Assembly: GCA_016748015.1 (NCBI GenBank)
Contig: JAAOMT010000295.1
Location: 558,001 to 622,000 of the forward strand
Length of the DNA: 64,000 bases
Origin: Geosiphon pyriformis uo1
Lineage: Eukaryota > Fungi > Glomeromycota
Reading direction: 5' to 3'
Shown here: positions 13,621 to 24,935 of the stretch, one piece after another
Layout of the letters: every line of letters begins with the position of its first letter
Position numbering within the stretch: position 1 is the first letter of the stretch
Position numbers and translations under genes: made by a program
The notes under the pieces: model-generated
The model's database searches: none
The model's input: only the letters and a program-made list of their open reading frames with translations
Told to the model about the DNA's origin: nothing

Positions 13621-14158
13621 TTAGATTTGTCTTATTTACAATAAACTGTTAGTGTTTCTATTTTCTTTTCTCTTTTTATAATGTACTGTATATTTAAATA
13701 GTAAAAGTTCTATTTTCTATCTGGCATAGTAATTATCTTTAAATTTTTGCTTCTGGATTAATGTCAATTCTTTATGATTAGTATATACTTCAAACTTCTG
13801 GCTTAAATACTTTTTCCATTTCATGATTGCCCAATAGATAACTAAGTGTTCTAATACTGATGTTCCATAGTTTTTTTCTGCTGGACTCAAGTTTTGGCTA
13901 TTATATATTACTGGATGTTCTCATTTATCCAGTTTTTTCTGTAATAGTACAGCTTTTAATACTTGGCCAGATGTATTGGTGGTAATAATGAATAGTTTGC
14001 TGTAATCTGGATAAATTAATACTGGTGTTTAAATAAGTTTTCTTCTTAAAATATTGAAAGTTTCTTGCTGGGCTTCAGTCTATTTATATTTCATGTTTTT
14101 GGTTTGAAGTTGGTAGAGTGGTTAAGCCAATTTAGAAAAGTTCTGGATAAAGTGGTGG
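13621..14158 (-). pseudogene. pol: G RNase H and RT C-terminus, truncated by insertion of F
   Basis: Colinear with B 31391-31930. Confidence 0.8.
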
Positions 14159-15125
14159 TGTTACCTGAGTAGAAAAACCGATTCAAAGTTATGAAAAAAC
14201 ATGACCAAAACATAACATAATACAATAACATTGGATAACACATTATAACTTAAGATAATGCAAGATAATATATTATAACATAGAATAACACAGAATAACA
14301 TGTAATAACACCAGATAACATATTATAACAGAGAATAACTAGGAATAATATAGAAGAACAAAACAATAACAAAACAATCAAAAGCAATCCTGTAAAACCA
14401 AAAAAATGTATAAAAGCAAGTAGTTGCAGAAGTTAGAAAGAAATATCTAAATACAAACCACTAGACAGGAATAAAATATCCTTACCCTTTTCATTATTTA
14501 TTCTATTTCATTTTCATCTTTTGAAATAAATCAATTATTGAGAAATCAGAATCACAAATTTATGTTTTCAAACTTTATAGACTTTATATAAATTAATCAT
14601 TATTTTATACCTTTGTTTCAGAACAGATGCTTTTAGCATAATTGCTTTGAACTATTAACAATTTAGACCAATTGCTTTTGATCACAGCAATTGACAATAC
14701 TAATTATTTTTTTTTTATTTTTTATTTTATTCTTTTGTGGAATGGCAACATAGTAAAATTGACTGTCTAGAAATAAACTTCGTGATAGCCTGATAAAAGA
14801 GAGAGACTTCTCCTAAGTTTTAGATATTAACATTATTTTAATAGCTTACCAGAAGTGTAAAAAAACAACACCAAACTCTAATAACTGTGCTTATTAGCTC
14901 AGAGAAAAAAGCTCATCTTTATAAAAAGTTGCAATTAGCAAAAACCCAAAACTCTATGCCTTATAACCAAAGAACTCAATGGGTAAATTCATAATCAGTA
15001 AAATAAGACTTTCAGAAACAGATAATCAAAGATTAAGCTACCAGAATTATGTAAAACATGCATTACCAATAATTAAGAACACCAAATGTTACTATTTACA
15101 TACCCCACCAAGTTTATCCATAACA
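14159..15125 (+). repeat. F 5' LTR (no partner in window)
   Basis: TG...CA termini, directly followed by a PBS; contains an ATAAC pentamer array at about 14208-14372. Confidence 0.75.
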
Positions 15126-15186
15126 TTTGGTGCTTCTTGTAAGATTATAAATACACAGAGACAAAGCACCCCAGAAATTTACAAAA

Positions 15187-18100
15187 GTGGTGACTATTGA
15201 AACAGTAGAAAAGGATCACTTCCCATACAAAAAAGCATTATTTCAATACTTTTGAAAAGACTTAGGAATACCAGCAGAAACCACTTATACAGAGAGTGAT
15301 TTTTATAACTATATTAATGCAAAAATTAACTGCCTATTAGGCCATGCAACCAACACAGAAAGACTGAAAGAACAAATCCATTAAAGCTTATTAGAATACT
15401 CAACAGCCACAACTACCTAAGCAATCATTAAAACTCTGTGTATAATCAATACAGACATTAAATATTATATGACAAAACAATTCTTTCAAGTACAACAATC
15501 AGTAAAATTCAACCCTGAGAAATACAAAAATGAATCCAACAATTCTGGAACTGTTCAAGCCAAGTCTATAGTCAACAAAAAACCAAGGTTCCTCTCCTTA
15601 ACAACTCCATCATACTATCAGACATCTTAAAGTAAAATTGTATTCAACTCACTTCTGGAAATCCAATCAGAAACACCATGAACTCCTGGAAATCCACACT
15701 CCTAGAGTCAATACAGTTGGACCAAATCACTAGGAGAATATAGATTGCTGTTTGGAAATCTTATCCTAACAGCCAGTCAAACAGGAGGAAACCCATCAAT
15801 CTGAGAAGAACCATCAGCACAAATTCCAGCAGAATCAGCATCTCTTCTGATGAAAAGAATAGCTATCTTACAACCTATTAGTTTGAGTAACAAAGAAAAA
15901 CAACCAGCACTAATACCCAGAGAACACTTGGACATACAGATACCAATACCCTTAACATCAAACAATAACACCCTACTCATCAATCAGATTATAACTTACC
16001 AAGATATTGCCAAATTAGAAAAATTCTCTGGTAAAAAAAATGATGCATATACATAGATCATGGAAGCTGAGAAAGCCATCACTACCAACAATTGAGATAG
16101 TAATAGAGCCATTCAAGCATTGCCATTCTTTCTGACTGGAACCACAGACTCATGGTATCAAAGCCTTGCAGAGAAACCAACCAACTTTGCTCCCTTTAAA
16201 CTTGTCTTTTTGCAATACTTTTGTAATTCCAACACTCTTATTAGATTACAAAATTAGTTCAATATCATAAAACAAAAAAATCACAAAGCAGTGACCATTT
16301 ATCTTGAATAATTCAACCAAATCTTTTATCAAATCCAAACCATTGAAAGGAATTACTACACTGTAGTGCAAATTTTTAATCAATTCGTCAAAAAATTAAA
16401 GAGCAGCCTCCTCTGATTCATAAGACTCTGCCACCTAATAAATCTACAAAAAGCAGTTACTCTTGCTTATGACTTTGAGTCAGCAGAACAAAAAGCTAAC
16501 TATACTCAAGCTGTTAACTTGGCTATCAATAGAACATCTAATATCGACACAAAAATAACTCAATTAAGTGAAAAATTAACTCAAAAAATTAAGGAATTTT
16601 TAGCCAGTACCATAGAATACTACCAGCTATTACAACAAAGAAATAGTAATAACAACAGATACCAACAACAACAGAATTATCAGCAACAACAACAACCTTG
16701 AAGATCTGATTCTCACAATTGTTATTATTGCCAGAAACCTAAACACATTACCTGGAACTGCCATAAGAAAATAATGAACCAAAATCAAGGAAATCAATAT
16801 CAGCAACCAAGATACTTTTAAAATATGGTATCCCAATATTCCATGCCTCAATATCAACCACCTCAATACTCACAACAAATTCAGTATACTCAGCAATTAC
16901 CTTAGAACTACTATCAGTGATTGCAGCCAATGGCTTAAACAGTACTCCAGTACCAAAACCCCATTTATAACCAACCTAAACATCATGTAATTAACTACAA
17001 TTAAGGATGAAAAAATCCCAGCAACAATCAGATACCAATTCACAATGTATCATTGCAATTCCTAAATTATAATAATGCTCCATCTTGACCAGCACCAACC
17101 AGATACCCTAACCAAGTCTTATATCTTAGTCTTATTAAAAACCAGAATTTTTATAGCTTTACACCTTTAGAAGAGAAAAATGTAGAAAAAACTCCCAACT
17201 TTTCGAGGCAAAATCAAATCAACAATACTATTCTACCCACTACTATTACTGAAAACACTACCCTTGCCACTATTTTTCTCTTTAACATTGACAATCTAAA
17301 CACCAATAGTCTTTTCAGTGGAGCCATTATTAATCAAGATAAACCAATAACTGTTCTATATACTAACATTAGAGTTGGAAACATGGACATCAAATTAATT
17401 CTTGATAGTGAATCAGCAGGTAGTATAATTATGAAGCAACTTATGGATCAACTAAATCACCAAATAGACCATACAACTACTGCCCAAATCATAACTACAG
17501 ACAGAAATACTAAAACCCCAATAGGAAAAATTGACAACTTCCTCTTTAAAATTGATGGAATTCAAATCTCCACCAAAGTGCTCATTATAGAGACCACCTA
17601 ATATCAAGCCCTCTTAGGAAATAATTAGTTAGCCAAAGCTAATACCACCATTGACTGAAATACGCAGGAACTACAGATTACTTTTAATGGACAGTATACA
17701 TAAGTTCTGGCTATGTGTAAACACTTCAAAGCTCAAAGCTCAAAAAAACCACTGATTGAATTTGAAGACTCAATACTACCACCAACAATAGAGGCCTATC
17801 AAGTTTTTTGGGCTAACAATTACCAAGCAGAGTTATCCCCATCACCAACTTGGGAAAAAAAGAGAAAAAAAAAAGCAGAAGAACTACAATTAGCATCTGT
17901 AGGCTATCATGCCCTAAGTCAAGGAAGTCAATGATATTGAATCCCAAAATTAATTTGTGTTGACTGTGAGAAAAAGTTATCTTTTATGAGCACATGTATT
18001 GGAAACAATAAGGAATGGCCAACTACTACCAAACATTATTGCAGACTTTATGTGTTGGAAAGATTTGACAAACCAAAACAACAAGGTAAATGGGACAATA

Positions 18101-18521
18101 CACCATGTCTTGCCTATAGTGAAATCCTGCTGAATAAAAGACTATAAAACAATGTTCTCGGCAGAGGAGGAACATATAATAAAGCATGTTAATATACAAT
18201 TTTAATCAATAATTGGGTATGGAAAGAAACTTCTATCAAGAACACCTGAAGACAAACACTCAGTAAATTAAACAAATACTTGCATAATAAACACAAAATA
18301 TGGAAAATAGCAAGTGCCAAAGCTGAAGATATTACACTCAATGAAATATGAAAAATCAAGAAAAATTCATTTGTCCCCAAATATGATAGATCTGACTATA
18401 TCATGGATGATTTCTTTACAGATAATCCAGACACATTATAAGATTGATACCAGAAACTGGCTCTATTCCGAGAAGAATAGAAACAATGACTGGCCAACTT
18501 AAATACGAAACTATGCAATTA
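15187..18521 (+). pseudogene. F gag-protease-Cys-rich polyprotein remnant, putative GTG start
   Basis: IAKLEKFSG capsid-like motif (ORF 15850-16056), protease (17383-17601), Cys-rich segment 17950-18520. Confidence 0.8.
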
Positions 18522-18943
18522 TACCAATTTCAGTAATCTGTTAATGACTCCAGATTTGGATAGAAAACGTTTTCCTTAATAAAATTCTATTTTTTTTACA
18601 TTTTTTTATTTTTCCTTTCTTTTTTTATTATAATCATTAGGGTAGCCTACAAACAAGATTCCTGTAGAAGAGTTAACTTTCACAGCAAAGTAACTACACA
18701 TTTTTAGTAAGCTTCCAAACAAGCAATTTTTGGGAAAGAGTTGATGTTTATTACAACATAACTACACAAAGTAACTGGCATAGAATTGGCCATTTTATTT
18801 ATAAGTCCAGCAGTTCAAATTATAGGAGATAATTTAAAGATAAATTCAGTTACTGGAAGTCCAATTACTTTCTGAAAACATAAATTTACAGCAAATTGAC
18901 ATTAACAATATTCAAGAAAAGAGACCAAAAACCTCTGGTAACA
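18522..18943 (+). repeat. D 5' LTR (left about 550 bp deleted)
   Basis: 422-bp match to the last 422 bp of the 3' LTR; followed by PBS tggtgctttttcacgg at 18946. Confidence 0.88.
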
Positions 18944-18988
18944 TTTGGTGCTTTTTCACGGAAATAACACAACAATAACAACTTCAAA

Positions 18989-20095
18989 ATGGCAACCACA
19001 CCAGACACAACAACTCTAGAGTATTATCAGTCAATTTATACCCATTGCAAGCAAAGATTCAATATTCCAAACGGAATTGAAATTGTTAAGAAGACTCTTT
19101 ACCAGTATATTGAAAACCATATTAATAATTATCTTCTTGGAAATTACAATATTTCAGAAGTTAGAAGCAACCTCTACAATAATTTAGTGCACTATTTACA
19201 GTTGGGGACTGAAGACCTTAACAGTGAAACACTTGCCACCTACTTTCAAAAACTTAATTTTAACATTATCAAGTATTGTAAAGAAACATATCTAGTACAG
19301 TCTAAATATTCTATTGACTTTGAATCAAAAACAAAAACAAGCAACAAAGGCAAACAAAAACTAAAACAACACTTAAATACCATCCCAAATACTCCAAAAA
19401 CACCAAAGACAACTGCCAAACACTTATAAACACCTGAACAAAGAACCAGTGTTAAATTACCACTTTCTATTACACTATTTCTAATTTTATTTGCTCAACC
19501 ACAAACACCAAATTTACCACTTAACTGTTTCTTCAGACTAGAAGACTTTTAGTCACCTAAAAATTCTATTTAATAGCAGGAATCAATATCAATCAGCACC
19601 AATATTATTGATTACTTACAGGAAAATAAAAGTAATCATTCAGAAAACTTAGAAAGTGAAAAAACTAAATCAAAACAAGAAGAAACTATAGAAAACAAAA
19701 AAGAAATGACAACAGCTTATATTGCAAAGATTCCAGAATTTACTGGTGAAGATAATAATACCAGCCCTTAAGAATGGTTTGACAAAGTTCAAAAAGCAGA
19801 AAATGCAAATGGTTAGAATGCAGCAAAAATGCTCAAAGCAATCCCATACTTTCTCCAAAGAACTGCAGAAGAATGGTTTAAAAACTTAGAAGAACCATTT
19901 AAAAACTGGTAAGCATTCAAAAATGCTTTCTTATAACAATTCACCAACAACAATACCTCTATTACTCTCTGCAATTACTTTCACAATATCAAACAAAAAA
20001 CATCTGAAACTGTCATGACCTATCTTGGAAGATTCAACAAACTTCTTTGATGAATTTAACAATTGGAAACCAATAAATACTATTCCAATGTTTAA
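18989..20095 (+). pseudogene. gag: D gag N-terminal part
   Basis: caaaATGgc start, ORF 18989-19429, IAKIPEFTG capsid-like motif near 19720. Confidence 0.85.
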
Positions 20096-20942
20096 TGTTA
20101 TAGATGATTATTTGGGGTCTCAAATCAAATAACAAATCCATAACTTGGTACTTGATTGATATTTTGGCATTGGTATTTGAAGGTTTTGTTGATCTAAAGG
20201 TTTTGTTGTAGAGATCTTAGTATAATGAACAGAAATTCAATTGTTGTTTTAGTAGCCTTCCAGAATTGCAATTCCATCAAATTTTTTTCTTAGTGTGGTG
20301 GCTAGTAATCCTTTTGGTAAGCTATCCTCAAATTTATAAGTGTTCTATTCTTGTTTCATGGGTCTTTTACCAGTTCCTATGACATCTGTATTCCAGTGCT
20401 TAATCTTTTAATCAATTAGTAAATAACAACAAAGAAAAGAAATAAAAATAAAAGAAATAAGAAATAAGAAATAAGCCAAGGCAATAATAGTTAGTATTCT
20501 ATTAATAGTCATGATCAAAAGCTATTGTTCCAGTGTGGTTAAATATCAATTATTATTAACATGAAATGTTGATAGTAGAGAGTGGATTTGAGATAGAGAA
20601 TAATTATTTTATTGATATTTGTGAATTGGAAGGTCATTTAGATTAAATCTAAACTAAGAGGTCTGTTTTTTCTACTTCTAATGCTACCAATATATATACA
20701 TAATTGAGATTCTTTAATTCCTCAATTTTTCATATCAGAAATTCTGAAATTCCTGGAATTCTACAATTCTTTTGAGAAAAATTCTGAAATTCTGAAATCT
20801 TGCAATTCTTTGTATAAGAATTCTGAAATTCTTGGAATCCTGCAATTTTATTAAGAGGAATCTTGGAATTCCACATTTACTATGACTATTTCTGATTGGC
20901 TAATTTATATGCTAACATACTTTCTATATTCTATGAGTAACA
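20096..20942 (-). repeat. C 3' LTR
   Basis: Direct repeat of 47091-47875; PPT complement ttattccttcctttt adjacent. Confidence 0.92.
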
Positions 20943-20956
20943 TTATTCCTTCCTTT

Positions 20957-21586
20957 TTAATATTAAGCTTTATTGAAATCTCTTAATTCTAATTCTCCAT
21001 TTTTGAGTATTTTTTGAACTTCTTTTTCAAGAATTACTTATGCTATCTTGTTCTGTAATTCTTTAAATTGAGCATTTGTTATTTTTTCCATTTGGTTAAT
21101 GGTAACAGAGTTCATTTCTGGATTGAGTAAAATTTCTGGTCAATCTTGAAATCCAGTATGTAGTCGATAAATGGCTCTTGCTTGTCTGGTCAAATTGTTT
21201 TTCTCCACAAATTGTTCCAGTTGTTGTAGTATTATTGTGTCAAATAATTATTTTGTTTTATCTGTATACAAGCCCTGAATATTCAAATGTTGTCCCAAAT
21301 AAAAGTAACAAAAGTTTCTTGGAAATTGTTGTATCCACCAATTCCAAGTTTCTATAGTCAACTCTTGATATTGAGTGACTTTTGGTTGTGTTTCTATTGC
21401 CAATTTCACTTTTGTGATTATTTTGTTTACTGTGTTTTCTGTTTTTCTCTGTATTTTATCTCGTAGTCTTTTTCTGGTGTTTGTGTATTTAATAGTTTGT
21501 TGATTAATTGTAATTTCTATCTCTTGTTGTTGGATTAGTTGAAAAAGTTGTTGTGCTAGTGAGTAAATGCTGTCAGTAATCTCCAT
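20957..21586 (-). pseudogene. C ORF3 (209 aa, in-frame stops)
   Basis: ORF 21248-21586 continues in frame to a stop abutting the PPT; 630 nt, same length as in B. Confidence 0.8.
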
Positions 21587-21646
21587 TTTTCTGTTGTCTT
21601 TTGTTACATATTTTGTGTCTTTATATACTCTTTTGGTTGTTTGATT

Positions 21647-22246
21647 TTACATGTTTGGTTCAATGATTATAATTGGTTCTAGATTTCATAAAATCATATC
21701 TGGTTTGACTAATATTCTCTGTACTTCTAATTGTGGAATATTCCTGGTAGATGATAATACTATATGGTAATATTGTTTCAGTCAATTACCATGTATTGCT
21801 TTGGTTAAAATTTTGTTGTTTAACCTTAATTTATAAGCTCTATTTTCCAGAATTTCTTCTATGTAAAATGATCTGTCCCATTTGGAATCAAATTTTCCAC
21901 TCCATTGTTTTTCCACTTTAGTATGATGTAGAAGTACTTTGTCTTTAATCTTGAATTTAACTGGTTTCTTTGATAGTTGGTTATCATGTTTTTCTTTTTG
22001 TTTTTCTTGTGACTTTTGGATGTTATCAACTGCTCTTCATCATGTGTTTTTTAGTGTCTCCATTAAGTCATATGTTCTTCTCAACAATGTTCTTTGAAAA
22101 TTTTCTTCTGTTATTGGTTCTGTTAGATATGTTTTGACTTCTATCTTAACTGGTAATGTTGTTGTTCTACTGTATACTAATTTGAATGGTGTTGCTTGTG
22201 TAGTGTCTTGCTTCATTGTCTGATAAGCAAATAATACTAATGGTAT
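21647..22246 (-). pseudogene. C integrase C-terminal part (GPY/F region)
   Basis: VLFAYQTMKQD..WSGKFDSKWD; rejoins 40108 onward across TSD GTAT. Confidence 0.85.
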
Positions 22247-22890
22247 TATTATGGGTTGGAGTAACAAGCTAATGGATAGCAAGGGAGAACAGGATTGTAG
22301 AGTGATAGAAATAATCAAAGAGAATTCAACTTCAAAGAGCAAATTGAATAAATATGGATTCAATGTGCAAGATCAGTCTCATAAAATATCTCAGTCGCTA
22401 TTTTTTTCAAAGATAATTAGGGAATCTAAAGGTAGAGGGATAGTCTGTACTGTCAACAAATGATCACACTTGGTATAATTCTATGCTTCACGTCGGCACT
22501 CTTAAAATTCAATATCAAGTATTAGATGTGCTCTTCAGTTACATTTTATTCAATAATCTCCAAATGTTGCAATTACATGTTTTCAGGAAAAGGGTAAGGA
22601 ATAACTAACAAGTAATCTTTTATCTTTAAGATGTTCAGATACTTGAAAATAGGGAAAGAGAAATTAGTGATAAGAGAAGAATTGAGATGAAAGTTGTTAT
22701 TTTATTTATTTGATTTTTTTAATTTCTTCATACTTTTCTACAGTTAAGAGATTCATCACTTATATAGCTATCAAAAGTAGTCAATAATCAGATCAATGAT
22801 CACTTACTAAAAATAGAGTGGCTAATTTATATGACATCAGTGGCTAATACATATGATAATTAATAAGAAGTATAAGTTTCAATCATAACA
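22247..22890 (-). repeat. A2 3' LTR
   Basis: Repeat of 39412-40103 and reverse complement of the A1 LTRs; PPT ggagaggatga at 22891-22901. Confidence 0.92.
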
Positions 22891-23516
22891 TCATCCTCTC
22901 CAAAGAGATTGAGCTTCGGTGAAATTAAGCTATTTATGATGTATTCTATTGGAAGGGTTTTATCTAACTCAAAGCTAACTAGTTTGTTGAAGTTTTTTGT
23001 CGATAAGGTATATAATACTTGAGACAAAATAAGTTTTGTATTCAAGAGACTAAATCTTTGTATTAGAGTTTTGGCTCTTTTAGCAATAGTTAAAACTTTT
23101 GAGACATCTAATTGTATAATACCCAAAATTTCTGCCTGTATTTCTGAAGTTGTTTTTTTTATGAGTTTCATATCCTCTATGATTTTACCAAAGCAACCAT
23201 AGAGTTTTAATTGTCTTCTATATGACAAGTTTTTGTCTATGGGTAAGATTTTTTGAAGTGTTTTTTCAATTGTGTTGGAAGGTAGGAGTATAGCTGCTGT
23301 TATGCTTTCCAACAGATATTTATTCATTTTACTACCAATTCTTTCTCTTTTGGTAATGGTTTTCTTTGGTCTAATAACAATATGTGTTCTACTGTTATCA
23401 GTTATGGTGGTTTGTTTTTCAATGGTTAGAGTAGCATTTGGATAGTTTTTGATCCAATACTCATGAAGAATATAAAAGATGTTTTGAATGTTTTGATCCA
23501 GAAAATAATTGTTTAT
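22860..23516 (-). CDS. A2 ORF3, 218 aa, uninterrupted frame (start ATG decayed to ATA; ATG retained in A1)
   Basis: Part of listed ORF 22860-23612; no obvious signal peptide or TM helix; overlaps the PPT and the first 31 nt of the 3' LTR. Confidence 0.75.
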   Translation of the reverse strand: MNNYFLDQNIQNIFYILHEYWIKNYPNATLTIEKQTTITDNSRTHIVIRPKKTITKRERIGSKMNKYLLESITAAILLPSNTIEKTLQKILPIDKNLSYRRQLKLYGCFGKIIEDMKLIKKTTSEIQAEILGIIQLDVSKVLTIAKRAKTLIQRFSLLNTKLILSQVLYTLSTKNFNKLVSFELDKTLPIEYIINSLISPKLNLFGEDDVMIETYTSY

Positions 23517-23557
23517 GTTGATTGAAGATATCTCTGTTTTGAGAATGGTACATTTAT

Positions 23558-24871
23558 TTATACTTGATTTTTGCTGATCATTTAAGTCGGTATTACCACA
23601 ACAAACAGCCAATTAGGTCGTTTATAGTATTTCTTGAGTTGTATATCATGAACAAGACGATTATTGAAAATTGTTCTGGATTGATCTTGAAGAATATAAA
23701 AACCATTGTTCAAAACTTTGTTAACTATAAAGGGTTCTTTCCACTAGCTAGAAAATTTATCACCATAAACATTGTCTCTGTTAGAACAGTATTCTAGTAC
23801 CAAGTCATCAACACTTAAAGAAAGTGTTTTATAGGTTTTCTTTTTTTTAAGCTTTTCTTGGAACTGTTTTATCTTTTCAAAGGCAATTATTCATGCTTCT
23901 ACCAAGGAGTCAAAAATGGTACCAAGTCTTTTTTGCAAAATGTCTTTGTAATTTTCTATTGTGATTTCTTTAAAGAGTATTGTTTCAATGTTAGTTTCTA
24001 TTAGTAGTGTTGTTATGCATCTATAAAGCAGATAAAAAAATTCATAACTTGTTATGTCATGATTCACATTTCTATAAGCAAACAAAGCTGAAAGCAGTAC
24101 TTTGTTCCATAAGTTTGTTTCTTTACTGGTTTTGACTAGAGTTTCACATAATATTCTATTGAAATATTTCACTAGGCCATTTGTTTGAAGGTGATAAGAG
24201 AAGGAAAGTTTATGACGTATTCCTATTTTTCTGCAAAGTTCTTTAACCAGTGTATTGAGAAAAGCTCTTCCTCTATTAGATAAAAGTTCTTTAAGGCAGC
24301 CATGATAACAGATAATATCTTCATAAATGAAATTGGCTATTGAGACTGCTGTTTGGTCTGGAGTGGCTCTTGCTTCTACCCACTTTGTAAAATAGTCAGT
24401 AGCTGTAATAATATATTTGTTGCCATCAGGAGTTATTGTTAAAGGTCCAACAACATCTATACCAATTCTGTCAAATGGTTGACCAACAGAGATTGGATAG
24501 ATATCTTCTTTGCGATTGGGTTTGCCTTTTCTTTGGCAGATGTCACAGGTTTTAATGTATTTAGCAATGTTTTTTCCCAAGGTAGGGCAATAATAGTGAG
24601 CTAAAGTTTTCTAAATTGTCTTTGTTTTTCCAAAGTGTCTAGCTAATAGATTAGTGTACATGTTGTATATTACAATTTCTCTTTCTTCAAATTTGATGAC
24701 TCTCTGGAGGCAGTCAGGATCTTTTCTGTTTCTTTTGTATAATTGGTTCTGGTAAATTAAATAAAAATTTGATTGTTTATGCAAATGTTCTCTTTGCTGT
24801 CGAGTGTATTCAGGTGGGTATTGTCCTTTACTCAAAAATTTCATTAAGACAGAGTAGTTGTCCAAGTCCAT
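23558..24871 (-). pseudogene. A2 stand-alone integrase ORF (about 437 aa)
   Basis: ORFs 24611-24871 and 23891-24580 in one frame; HF..CDIC, GIDVVGPL, TDYFTKW, YHLQTNG. Confidence 0.9.
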
Positions 24872-24935
24872 TATTGTGTTTGTTTATGAAGGAGTTACTA
24901 ACAATTAAGTTGGTTTAGTTTGAGAGATTGTACTG

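Larger units (their letters stand above)
14159..18521 (+). mobile_element. Element F: 5' half of a Gypsy element (LTR, PBS, gag, protease, Cys-rich domain); 3' half deleted
   Basis: LTR tgttacc...ccataaca 14159-15125, PBS tggtgcttcttgtaag 15128-15144, CYYCQKPKHITWNC knuckle, LILDSESAGSI protease motif. Confidence 0.85.

Noticed and set aside
22040-22463. ORFs 22040-22363 and 22251-22463 as genes
   Set aside because: The first is a chance fusion of A2 LTR sequence with C integrase; the second is antisense LTR sequence.
22860-23612. ORF3 as an env gene, and its listed start at 23612
   Set aside because: No signal peptide, furin site or TM helix is visible. The first codons overlap the IN C-terminus, and comparison with A1 puts the start at 23516.
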